Assembly (NCBI GenBank): GCA_021203905.1
Contig: JAJQAG010000004.1
Coordinates: 129,939 to 193,938, forward strand
Reading direction: 5' to 3'
Source: Coprobacillus sp.
Lineage (GTDB): Bacteria; Bacillota_I; Bacilli_A; RFN20; CAG-826
DNA: 64,000 nt
Shown piece after piece: positions 56,292 through 64,000 of this stretch; positions within the stretch are counted from its first letter, which is position 1, and the number at the start of each line of letters is the position of its first letter. A model generated the notes under the pieces. It saw nothing but the letters and a program-made list of their open reading frames with translations. It had not been told where the DNA came from and made no database searches. The position numbers and the translations under genes were made by a program.

Positions 56292-58057
56292 AAATAGTCT
56301 TACACGATGGAAGTATCAAAGAAGTTGATCAAAATTCCACAGAAGCTTTTAACACTCTAAATCACTCCACCGCTCACCTCCTTGCCGAGGCTGTTTTAGC
56401 CCTATATCCTGATGCAAAACTCTCGATAGGCCCTAGTATTGAAGAGGGCTTTTATTATGATATCGATTTTGGAGACACTCCCTTTAGCGAAGATGATTTA
56501 GCCCCAATTGAAAAGAAAATGAAAGAAATATCCGCGAGAGGATATGATATTAAATACATGACTATGACCAAAGCGGCGGCTTTGGAATACTTTAAAGACA
56601 ATCCTTATAAGGTGGAACTAATCACTAATCTCAGTGATGGGGATATTACCGCTTTTAGACAAAATGATTTTATAGATCTTTGTCGAGGACCACATGTCTT
56701 AAATAGTAACTTGATTAAGCACTTTAAGCTCACCTCTGTCGCCGGAGCATACTGGAGAGGTGACAGCCACAATAAACAACTTACAAGAATCTATGGCACC
56801 AGTCATTTTAGTGAAGAGTCTCTTCAAAACTACCTCACCCTTGTAGAGGAAAGAAGGAAGAGAGATCATCGAGTTCTTGGCAAACAACTCGATTTATTTA
56901 TGCTCTCGGAATACGGTCCTGGATTCCCCTTCTGGCTTCCTAACGGAATGGTAATTCGTACAGAAATCGAGAATTTAATCAAGGAAATGCTAAGAAAATA
57001 CGATTATCAGTTAATTTCCACACCAATTGTATTAAGTAAAGAATTATGGGAGACATCAGGTCATTGGGACCACTACCAAAAGAATATGTATCTCACTCAT
57101 GTCGATGAGAGAGAGTTTGCCATTAAACCAATGAACTGTCCTGGAGCCATCCTCGTCTATAACTCCACTCTCCACTCCTATCGAGATTTACCAGTGCGAT
57201 TAGCGGAGTTAGGACTAGATCATCGTCATGAAGCGAGTGGTGCTCTCAATGGTCTTTTTAGAGCGAGAGCCTTTACCCAAGATGATGCTCATATCTTTTG
57301 CACCAGTGCCCAGCTAAGGAGTGAAATCACCCGATGTGTGAAGTTCTTTGATGAAGTCTATTCTCTCTTCCATCTTGATTACACTGTGGAATTATCCACC
57401 CGACCAGAGAAAGATTATATCGGTTCCGTGAGTGTCTGGAATAAGAGTGAAAAAATTCTTGAAGACGCCATAAAGAAAACAGGAAAACCTTATGAAATCA
57501 ATCCTGGAGATGGAGCGTTCTATGGACCAAAACTCGACTTTAAAGTGAGAGATAGCATGAATCGAGTGTGGCAATGTGGCACTATTCAACTCGATATGAA
57601 TCTCCCTCATCGTTTTGGATGTAGTTATATTGACGCCAGCGGGAATAAGGTTGAACCCATTATGATTCATAGAGCGTGCCTTGGTTCTATCGAGAGATTT
57701 ATTGGGGTGCTCATCGAGCACTTCGCTGGAGCCTTCCCCCTTTGGCTCGCACCAATCCAAATAGCAATCCTTCCCGTTAATAACGAGTTCCATTTAAGAT
57801 ACGCAAAATCACTAAAGACAAGTTTAGAGAAACTTGGTTTTAGAGTGAGTCTTGATGAGAGCGAAGAGAAGCTTGGTTATCGTATGAGAAATGCTCAGAT
57901 GAAGAAAATTCCCTACACTATCGTTATCGGAGATAACGAGGTCACAAATAAAACCTTAACTTATCGCACATATAAGGATAAAGAACAGGTCACTGTTCCC
58001 GTTGGTGATTTTAAGAAGAAGATTAAAATCGAAAGAGACCAAAGAAAACTCAATTAA
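56288..58057 (+). CDS. thrS: threonine--tRNA ligase (TGS domain largely absent)
   Basis: 589 aa with the editing-domain HSTAHLLA, class II motifs and a C-terminal anticodon-binding domain. Only about 13 residues precede the region that follows the TGS domain in Bacillus ThrS. It has an ATGA overlap with the upstream gene. Confidence 0.96.
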   Translation: MKIVLHDGSIKEVDQNSTEAFNTLNHSTAHLLAEAVLALYPDAKLSIGPSIEEGFYYDIDFGDTPFSEDDLAPIEKKMKEISARGYDIKYMTMTKAAALEYFKDNPYKVELITNLSDGDITAFRQNDFIDLCRGPHVLNSNLIKHFKLTSVAGAYWRGDSHNKQLTRIYGTSHFSEESLQNYLTLVEERRKRDHRVLGKQLDLFMLSEYGPGFPFWLPNGMVIRTEIENLIKEMLRKYDYQLISTPIVLSKELWETSGHWDHYQKNMYLTHVDEREFAIKPMNCPGAILVYNSTLHSYRDLPVRLAELGLDHRHEASGALNGLFRARAFTQDDAHIFCTSAQLRSEITRCVKFFDEVYSLFHLDYTVELSTRPEKDYIGSVSVWNKSEKILEDAIKKTGKPYEINPGDGAFYGPKLDFKVRDSMNRVWQCGTIQLDMNLPHRFGCSYIDASGNKVEPIMIHRACLGSIERFIGVLIEHFAGAFPLWLAPIQIAILPVNNEFHLRYAKSLKTSLEKLGFRVSLDESEEKLGYRMRNAQMKKIPYTIVIGDNEVTNKTLTYRTYKDKEQVTVPVGDFKKKIKIERDQRKLN

Positions 58058-58083
58058 CATCACTTTCAAAGTGGGAGGAAAGA

Positions 58084-60000
58084 ATGCTTCAACAGATTAC
58101 TCTCTCTTGTCTATTACTTATCGGAAACATGGCGGGTCTCACTGCCTCTTTTTTTACAAATGATGACGAAATGTATAGAGAAGGGTGTTGCCTTATTGAT
58201 GCACCGTATGCGAGTTGCCTTGATAATGAAAGAGAGATTACGGGGGTTGATGAAACATACATTCTCACTGTAAGTGAAGAGGTTAACTCTCTTACCTATC
58301 GAGGAGAGGTGACACTCCTCGAGTATACGATTAAAGAGGGAACAGAAGTTACATGCCTCTTGACTGATTTTATTGATTTAGGAAATATCATCTTTGATTT
58401 TTATCATGATGAAGAGTACATCGCTTCCTACGCTTTGTACTTTGCTAGAGATGACGAAGGGGCCTTTTATTCAAGCGGGAGAAGCCTTGACTGTGCAAAA
58501 TCTCTCGCGGGTCAAGAACTCGGTTATGTTTTTCTTGCGAGTGAAGAAGAGCCAGAAGAAGAGTTAGAAAGCGAGACTTCAAGTGGTCACCGAACCCATG
58601 GAAAGATCTATGGCTACTTTAAGTGGATGGACGATGATGAACAGATTCATCCACTTGTGGGAGCAAAAGTAAAATTAAAAGTAAGAGGAAGCTTCTATAG
58701 TGAAACAACCTATACAGATGATAATGGTTACTACTGTTTTGAGTATAGTAATGTTTTCTACTATGGCTCAGGAATGGCAACAGTTACCTTAAGTTTAGAG
58801 AATGATCTTATTAAAGTTAAAAACTCAAATGTCTATGCCTATAAATACAAACTACAAAAAAGAGATGTTACCTATGAACTATCACAAACCTTCTCCCCTG
58901 AACAAGATGGTGATTTTGGAAAGGCGGCATCAATCTTTCAAGGATTCTATTGCTTTTCCAAAGTAGCGAAAGAATTTGACTACAAGAATAAATTATCTAA
59001 GATTTCCATTATTTATCCTTCTAGTCGGGTGATGTTAATGTCGTTCATGTGGGGAGAAAGAAAAATCGAGGTGGCCAACTATATAGAGAAAAGTGGCTAC
59101 CCAAAAGCCTATGCCTCGTGGGATTCATTTGGGCATGAATATGCTCATTTTGTATGCGCTCGCTACGGATTCTTTTCTTGGTCATCTTCTAATATAGCCC
59201 ACAACAGCATCATAAATCGTATTGAATTGATTATCTTAAATGATGGTGACTCCGCGAGAAAAGCAAAAAGAGTCTCCACTCGTTTGGCGTTTAATGAAGC
59301 CTGGGCCGCCACTTGGTCGGTATTAATTCAACAGTACTTTGATGATGAATGGAAAAGTGTCGCCACAGTGGGAGATAGTTGCTATACCAACTCTTCGGGA
59401 GTAGATGATGATTTTGATGACTATGACACTGACCACCCCGAAAGATATGGGGATAGTGAGGAGTTAGCTCTCTCTAAGATTCTCTATAAACTCGCCACTT
59501 TTGAAACCGATGAATATGATAAATTTTCCCTGGGATTTGAAGAGTTTTGGAGAATTTCTTACGAAAATAAGACAAAGTCTCTCTATGATTTTATCGATGC
59601 GATGTATGAGCAAGGATATAGTAAGAGTGATCTTGGACTTTTACTTGGTCAATTTAATGTCACCCCAAATAAAATCCAAATCACTAATTACTATTTAGAT
59701 ACCTGCCCTACATTAACTTGGTCAGCTTATATGGGAACAGCATACTTTAACTATAATCGTTTTGATATCTATTTCCTTGATGACAATGGAAACGAGATCC
59801 TAAAAAAGAAAGTCAAATCACATGGAGAAGTTACTTGTTCCTACACCTTAAAAGAAGAGGATTGGCAATTAATTCTCGATTCATGTCAAGAGTGCTTCTC
59901 TATCAATATGGTGGTGTGGCAAACAACTTATCGAGATACTGGGGGTTATTATACAGAAACCTTTAGTTATGATCTACCCACTCAATACTATTATCAATAA
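58084..60000 (+). CDS. secreted or anchored putative zinc metallopeptidase, paralogue 1 (638 aa)
   Basis: GGGAGG SD. It has an N-terminal hydrophobic signal/anchor, an acidic linker, and a carboxypeptidase-regulatory-like segment (HGKIYGYF...PLVGAKVKL...TDDNGYYCFEY). HEYAH lies at 59134-59148, with NEAW (Glu at 59296-59298) 50 residues later. Confidence 0.6.
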   Translation: MLQQITLSCLLLIGNMAGLTASFFTNDDEMYREGCCLIDAPYASCLDNEREITGVDETYILTVSEEVNSLTYRGEVTLLEYTIKEGTEVTCLLTDFIDLGNIIFDFYHDEEYIASYALYFARDDEGAFYSSGRSLDCAKSLAGQELGYVFLASEEEPEEELESETSSGHRTHGKIYGYFKWMDDDEQIHPLVGAKVKLKVRGSFYSETTYTDDNGYYCFEYSNVFYYGSGMATVTLSLENDLIKVKNSNVYAYKYKLQKRDVTYELSQTFSPEQDGDFGKAASIFQGFYCFSKVAKEFDYKNKLSKISIIYPSSRVMLMSFMWGERKIEVANYIEKSGYPKAYASWDSFGHEYAHFVCARYGFFSWSSSNIAHNSIINRIELIILNDGDSARKAKRVSTRLAFNEAWAATWSVLIQQYFDDEWKSVATVGDSCYTNSSGVDDDFDDYDTDHPERYGDSEELALSKILYKLATFETDEYDKFSLGFEEFWRISYENKTKSLYDFIDAMYEQGYSKSDLGLLLGQFNVTPNKIQITNYYLDTCPTLTWSAYMGTAYFNYNRFDIYFLDDNGNEILKKKVKSHGEVTCSYTLKEEDWQLILDSCQECFSINMVVWQTTYRDTGGYYTETFSYDLPTQYYYQ

Positions 60001-60070
60001 CCAATATTGCGAACAATATTGTTGAATATAATCTCTATAATTTTAGATAATATAAAGAGGAGTTATACGA

Positions 60071-62014
60071 TTGTTTCGTCAGTTATTGCTTTCTTGTCTT
60101 TTAGTGGTTAGTTCTCTCTCAGGGATGGTGACAACCTCTATTTTTACTAACTCCTACGAATACGATAGTGGTGATTACATTTGTGATGACTCTCCTTATG
60201 TGAGTTGCCAAGATAATGAGAGAGAAGTAACGAATAAAAAAGAATCCTATGTTTTTGTGGCGAGTCAAGAAATTGACAGTGTCAAATGGGAGGGAGAGGT
60301 CACCCTTAGCCACTACGAAATAAGAAATGAAAATGAAATGACTGCCATTGTCACTAATTATATCGATCAGGGAGAAATTACGTTCCACTTCTACTATCAA
60401 AAGGAATACGTCTGCTCCTATGCTTTATATTTTGCTTGTAGTGAAGATGGAACATTCTATTCCAGCGGAAGGACACTCGATTGCGCAAAAATGCTTGCGG
60501 ATCAACAAGTTAACTACACCTTTTTAAGTAATGATGAAGAAGAGGAAGATGAACTTGTCACTATAGAAGAGAGCACTTCCTTTGGTTTTGGAACCCATGG
60601 TAAGGTCTATGGGTGGTTCCACTGGTGTGGCGATGATGGTGAATCCTATCCCCTTGTAGGAGCGAGGGTCACCTTAAGAATTGGGGGGAGTTGGTATAGT
60701 CAAGTCACCCATACAGACGAAGATGGATATTATTGCTTTGAATATCAAAAGGTTTGGTATTTAGGAAGCGGTCGTCCAACAATCACTCTCCGCCTTCAAA
60801 ACGAGAAAATAAAAGTGAAATCTTCAGGAGTCTATGCCTATAAGTTTAAGATGGCGGAAAAAGACACGACGATGGAGTGTTCGCGAACCTTCACCATTGA
60901 AGAAGATGGAGATTTTGCCAAAGCCGCAGCTCTTTTTCAAGCGGGTTATCTCTATTCTAATTTTGCCTTTGAACATGACGAAGGTGGCATTCTCAAATCA
61001 TGTAAAATAAGATATCCTTCGAATTATGACACTATCTGTTATACCGAAAACATTCGAAGAATAAATATCCCTAATACCATTAATGAAAACTCACCCTCTT
61101 GTTACATGGCGTGGGATACAATTGGGCATGAGTATTGTCATCATGTCCAGGCTTGTCACAAAATAGATCATGTTAGTAAGCACCACAATTCTGCTTATAA
61201 CGACATCGACTATCTCATTGATCGATCTTATTCGACCATGAATAAAGTCAAACATGAGGGAACGACTCTCTCTCTCGATGAGGGATTTGCCACTTATTGG
61301 GGAGTGGTAGCCCAACAGTCCTTTGACCCTAGATGGTGGTATGTCCCCACAGTGGGAGATGCATCCTACACCTCAAGTGGGGGCGCCAATTATAGTTTAG
61401 ATGTCTATTACGATTCCCAAAGCCGTAACCTTGGAGATTGCCAAGAGAGAGCAATTGCTAGAATTCTATATAAGCTCACTTCCGATAAGATTGATACCTA
61501 TGACCGCTTTGCCCTTGGTTTTGATACCATCTGGGAACTCTATGAAAAATATTTACCCACCACCATGAGTGAGTTTATTAACATTCTCTATGAGCAAGGT
61601 TATGACAAATATGATCTTGGACTCTTGCTTGGTCAGTATGGTGTCACCCCGAGTAGCATGAACATCACAAATAATAGCTATGATACATGCCCTACATATA
61701 CGTGGTCGACCTCTTCTGGGAGTAAATACTTCCAATATAACGAATTTGACTTTGTCATCCTCTCTAATGAGGGAGAAGAGTTAATAAACCACCATTTCGT
61801 CTCCGATAATGATGAAGACACCTATTCTTACACTCTCAGTGAAGAAGAGTGGCAACTCATTCAGAATTCCACTTCCCAGTTGTACTATGCCTATCTGGTG
61901 ATGTGGCAAACTGATGATTTTGTCACCGGAGGTTACTATTCAAACTTATATACCTTCTATCTTCCAAGACGGATTGTGATTATTCCGAGACCCGGGGATC
62001 TGATTATCACTTAA
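60071..62014 (+). CDS. secreted or anchored putative zinc metallopeptidase, paralogue 2 (647 aa)
   Basis: TTG start with AAGAGGAG 8 nt upstream. It is collinear with paralogue 1. HEYCH lies at 61127-61141, with LDEGFATYW (Glu at 61280-61282) 47 residues later. Confidence 0.6.
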   Translation: MFRQLLLSCLLVVSSLSGMVTTSIFTNSYEYDSGDYICDDSPYVSCQDNEREVTNKKESYVFVASQEIDSVKWEGEVTLSHYEIRNENEMTAIVTNYIDQGEITFHFYYQKEYVCSYALYFACSEDGTFYSSGRTLDCAKMLADQQVNYTFLSNDEEEEDELVTIEESTSFGFGTHGKVYGWFHWCGDDGESYPLVGARVTLRIGGSWYSQVTHTDEDGYYCFEYQKVWYLGSGRPTITLRLQNEKIKVKSSGVYAYKFKMAEKDTTMECSRTFTIEEDGDFAKAAALFQAGYLYSNFAFEHDEGGILKSCKIRYPSNYDTICYTENIRRINIPNTINENSPSCYMAWDTIGHEYCHHVQACHKIDHVSKHHNSAYNDIDYLIDRSYSTMNKVKHEGTTLSLDEGFATYWGVVAQQSFDPRWWYVPTVGDASYTSSGGANYSLDVYYDSQSRNLGDCQERAIARILYKLTSDKIDTYDRFALGFDTIWELYEKYLPTTMSEFINILYEQGYDKYDLGLLLGQYGVTPSSMNITNNSYDTCPTYTWSTSSGSKYFQYNEFDFVILSNEGEELINHHFVSDNDEDTYSYTLSEEEWQLIQNSTSQLYYAYLVMWQTDDFVTGGYYSNLYTFYLPRRIVIIPRPGDLIIT

Positions 62015-62059
62015 AAGGGGGCACTCAACATCTGAAATTAAATAGACGAATGATAGGTG

Positions 62060-62237
62060 TTGACACATTATTGTTAATAATGTAAACTAACAATCGCAAT
62101 AGATAGAAAGTAGAGGCACCCGCTTCTCACCAGATCGATAAATCGGTTGGTCAATCGCTATTATGAAATACTTACTTATATTCATAAGATGATTACGGGT
62201 GCGGCTACGCATCCGTTTTATTTAGGAAGGAGATGAT
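62060..62237 (+). promoter_or_regulatory. infC operon promoter and L20-leader-type attenuator
   Basis: Promoter is TTGACA (62060-62065), 17 nt, TAAACT (62083-62088). The terminator is ACGGGTGCG-GCTA-CGCATCCGT plus TTTTATTT (62195-62223). The upstream GCACCCG can pair with the terminator's 5' arm as an antiterminator. Firmicutes regulate this operon through L20. Confidence 0.7.
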
Positions 62238-62804
62238 ATTATCCCAGGCAATTACAATGGTGGTTCAAATAAGAATAGCAACCCACAGAAACCTAACAGA
62301 GATTTAGTAAATGAAGCTATCCACTTCTCCAAAGTCTTGGTCATTGGACCAGAAGGAGAAAGTTTAGGAGAGATGAGCGCTCAAGAGGCCCTAGATAAAG
62401 CCAGTGAGTATAACCTTGACTTATACTGTGTCGCCGCTAACGCTAATCCCCCAGTGTGTAAAATCTTAAATTACAATAAGTTCCGCTACGATCAGAAACG
62501 TAAGGAAAGAGACCAGAGAAAGAACCAGCACATTGTGGAGATAAAAGAGATTCAACTCACCCCTCAAATTGGAATCCATGATCTAGAAATCAAAGCCAAG
62601 AGAGCGAATGAATTCCTTCTTGATGGAAACCGCGTCAAGATTAGAGTGATGTTTAGGGGAAGACAACTATCCCATGTTGATGTGGGTCAAGAAACCTTGG
62701 ATAAATTTCTTGCCTTAGTAAGTGAAAATGGAGAGTTAGAAAAGGAGCCAGTTCTTGATGGAAGATGGCTCAATGGAGTAATTATTCCAAAAAAGAAGAA
62801 GTAA
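62238..62804 (+). CDS. infC: translation initiation factor IF-3, non-canonical ATT start
   Basis: The IF-3 homology (..LVNEAIHFSKVLVIGPEGE..) extends upstream of the track ORF. The frame is open from 62226. ATT at 62238 lies 5 nt after AGGAAGGAG. AUU starts are a known feature of infC. Confidence 0.9.
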   Translation: MIPGNYNGGSNKNSNPQKPNRDLVNEAIHFSKVLVIGPEGESLGEMSAQEALDKASEYNLDLYCVAANANPPVCKILNYNKFRYDQKRKERDQRKNQHIVEIKEIQLTPQIGIHDLEIKAKRANEFLLDGNRVKIRVMFRGRQLSHVDVGQETLDKFLALVSENGELEKEPVLDGRWLNGVIIPKKKK

Positions 62805-62818
62805 GGAGAATATGAAAG

Positions 62819-63013
62819 ATGCCAAAAATGAAAAGTAAAAAGGCTCTTACAAAAAGAGTCAAAGTGTCCGGCACTGGGAAAATCATGAGACATCATGCTT
62901 ATACCAGCCATAATGCCCACTCTAAAACAACCAAACAAAAGAAGCAGCTCTCTCAAGCCGCAGTGATGGATAAGACCGATGTCAAGAGAGAGAAAGAGCT
63001 CATTCAGAAATAG
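62819..63013 (+). CDS. rpmI: 50S ribosomal protein L35
   Basis: 64 aa beginning MPKMKSKKALTKRVKVSGTGKI, a typical L35. Confidence 0.97.
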   Translation: MPKMKSKKALTKRVKVSGTGKIMRHHAYTSHNAHSKTTKQKKQLSQAAVMDKTDVKREKELIQK

Positions 63014-63025
63014 GAGGCATAAACC

Positions 63026-63370
63026 ATGAGAGTAAAAGGTGGAACTGTTTCCCGTAACAGAAGAAAAAAGACATTAAAGAGAGCCAGTGGATACTACGGA
63101 AGTAAGCACTTGCTCTATAAGACCGCTCATGAGCAAGTGATGCATTCACTTCACTATGCCTATCGTGATCGTCGTCTTATTAAGAGAGACTTTAGAAAAC
63201 TCTGGATTAAGAGAATTAATGCCGCGTGCCGTTTAAACGGAATCTCCTATTCCGTGTTCATGCACGGACTTAAAACTAACGGCATTAACATCAATAGAAA
63301 GATGCTCTCAGAAATGGCAATTAATGATCCCGCCGGATTTAAAGAGCTCGTTCAGATTGCTAAAAAATAA
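63026..63370 (+). CDS. rplT: 50S ribosomal protein L20
   Basis: 114 aa with [14 protein letters not shown]... and RDRR motifs, a typical L20. Confidence 0.97.
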   Translation: MRVKGGTVSRNRRKKTLKRASGYYGSKHLLYKTAHEQVMHSLHYAYRDRRLIKRDFRKLWIKRINAACRLNGISYSVFMHGLKTNGININRKMLSEMAINDPAGFKELVQIAKK

Positions 63371-63387
63371 CTTCTCTAAAGTTAAAG

Positions 63388-63418
63388 AAAAAAAGACACA
63401 GCGATGTGTCTTTTTTTC
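63388..63418. terminator. bidirectional terminator (rplT / thiI)
   Basis: AAAAGACACA-GCGA-TGTGTCTTTT with A- and T-runs on either side. Confidence 0.85.
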
Positions 63419-64000
63419 TTAATTAATGATTTCTACCTCAGCTTTTTCAATGGCGGTTTTTATCATCGCCTCATAATCAATTTTAGCTTCAAATTTTCTT
63501 ATTTCATCGAGTTTTGGAGCAGTTTTTGGATTTTTTGGAGCGAATATTGTGCAACAGTCTTCAAAGGGGCGAATGGAGATATCATAGGTTTTGATGTGCT
63601 GTGCTACTTTGATAATCTCAAGTTTATCCATGACCGCAAGTGGACGAATAATAGGGAAGTTGGTTACCTCATTTATCGCTTGTAGAGAATCGAGGGTTTG
63701 AGAGGCCACTTGACCCACACTCTCTCCGGTGGCAATGACTTTACAATGTCTCTCTCTAGCGACTTTCTCTGCAATTCGATACATCATCCTTCTCATGATG
63801 GTGATGCAATAGCTCTCATCAATGTTTTTATAAATCGCTTCTTGAATCTCCGTAAAGGGGATAATTGTGAGACGAATCTGACTTTGGTATTTCGTTAGAG
63901 TTTTAAGTAGGTCTCTAATCTTATAGATAACTCCGACATTAGTGTAGGGAGGAGAAGCAAAATGAATACACTCAAGAGTGATGCCTCTTCTCATAAGTAA
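63419..64000 (-). CDS. thiI: tRNA 4-thiouridine synthase ThiI, C-terminal part (runs off the window)
   Basis: ..IHFASPPYT.., ATGESVGQVASQTL and RPLAVMDKLEII match the ThiI PP-loop domain. The N-terminus lies beyond 64000. Confidence 0.9.
   Translation of the reverse strand, partial: LLMRRGITLECIHFASPPYTNVGVIYKIRDLLKTLTKYQSQIRLTIIPFTEIQEAIYKNIDESYCITIMRRMMYRIAEKVARERHCKVIATGESVGQVASQTLDSLQAINEVTNFPIIRPLAVMDKLEIIKVAQHIKTYDISIRPFEDCCTIFAPKNPKTAPKLDEIRKFEAKIDYEAMIKTAIEKAEVEIIN

Noticed and set aside
58084-58155. Lipoprotein lipobox in the two large paralogues (the conserved LSC at residues 7-9).
   Set aside because: The Cys sits only 8 residues from the N-terminus, before the hydrophobic core, so there is no n/h-region ahead of it. 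A Sec signal peptide or signal anchor is more plausible.
60001-60070. CAATATTG-CGAA-CAATATTG repeat between the two paralogous genes, considered as a terminator or operator.
   Set aside because: It is a short, all-A/T-rich stem without a U-tract. It overlaps plausible promoter hexamers (TTGAAT, GATAAT) for the second gene. I could not distinguish it from ordinary AT-rich promoter sequence.
63404-63685. 93-aa plus-strand ORF after rplT.
   Set aside because: It begins inside the rplT/thiI terminator and is antisense to the clearly recognisable thiI PP-loop domain.
1-64000. I looked for CRISPR arrays, rRNA genes, IS elements/transposases, integrases, prophage structural genes and code-4 (TGA=Trp) usage.
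   Set aside because: No spaced direct-repeat arrays, no rRNA-like conserved stretches and no recombinase motifs were seen. Several genes end at TGA where family alignments end, so TGA is a stop.

Overview
This 64-kb chromosomal window comes from a low-GC Bacillota-type genome that uses the standard genetic code; TGA is a stop for mraZ, the ROK kinase and island ORF C. It holds about 55 protein genes and one tRNA. Nearly all are housekeeping genes in Bacillus-like order: ruvB-ruvA, obg, rpmA-prp-rplU, radC, valS (T-box), engB, lon, tig, tRNA-Arg(UCU), uvrC, mutS2, rnhC, psuG, rluD, lspA, ileS (T-box), ftsZ-ftsA, an ftsL-like gene, rsmH, mraZ, yceD, pheT-pheS, a TrmH-family methyltransferase, a ygjP-like gene, DUF523, a dimeric-type dUTPase, glgP-glgB, ackA, nrnA, dnaE, polA, a mutM-coaE fusion, dnaI-dnaB, pfkA, a ROK kinase, thrS, infC-rpmI-rplT (L20 leader) and partial thiI. 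I saw no rRNA, CRISPR array, transposase or integrase. The positions where walled Firmicutes carry peptidoglycan and shape genes are empty (between ftsL and ftsA, and between radC and rplU). That suggests a wall-less, Mollicutes-like lineage that does not use code 4. Four things deserve a second look. (1) A four-ORF plus-strand island at 25.9-27.7 kb, between the ileS T-box and ftsZ, contains a 5'-truncated DUF4417-like remnant, a small His-rich toxin-like ORF and two tandem paralogous immunity-like ORFs. (2) Two tandem paralogous genes for about 640-aa secreted proteins at 58.1-62.0 kb carry an HExxH...E zinc-peptidase-like signature that I cannot assign to a named family. (3) A dense DnaA-box cluster with an AT palindrome lies upstream of dnaB-dnaI, away from any dnaA gene. 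(4) Many genes have a -10 box 6-8 nt upstream of the ATG and no Shine-Dalgarno sequence, which suggests leaderless transcripts. Smaller observations are a membrane-bound XRE regulator with tandem operators, a micro-ORF coupled to obg, and MraZ operator repeats. All functional calls rest on motifs I recognised by eye; no database search was run.
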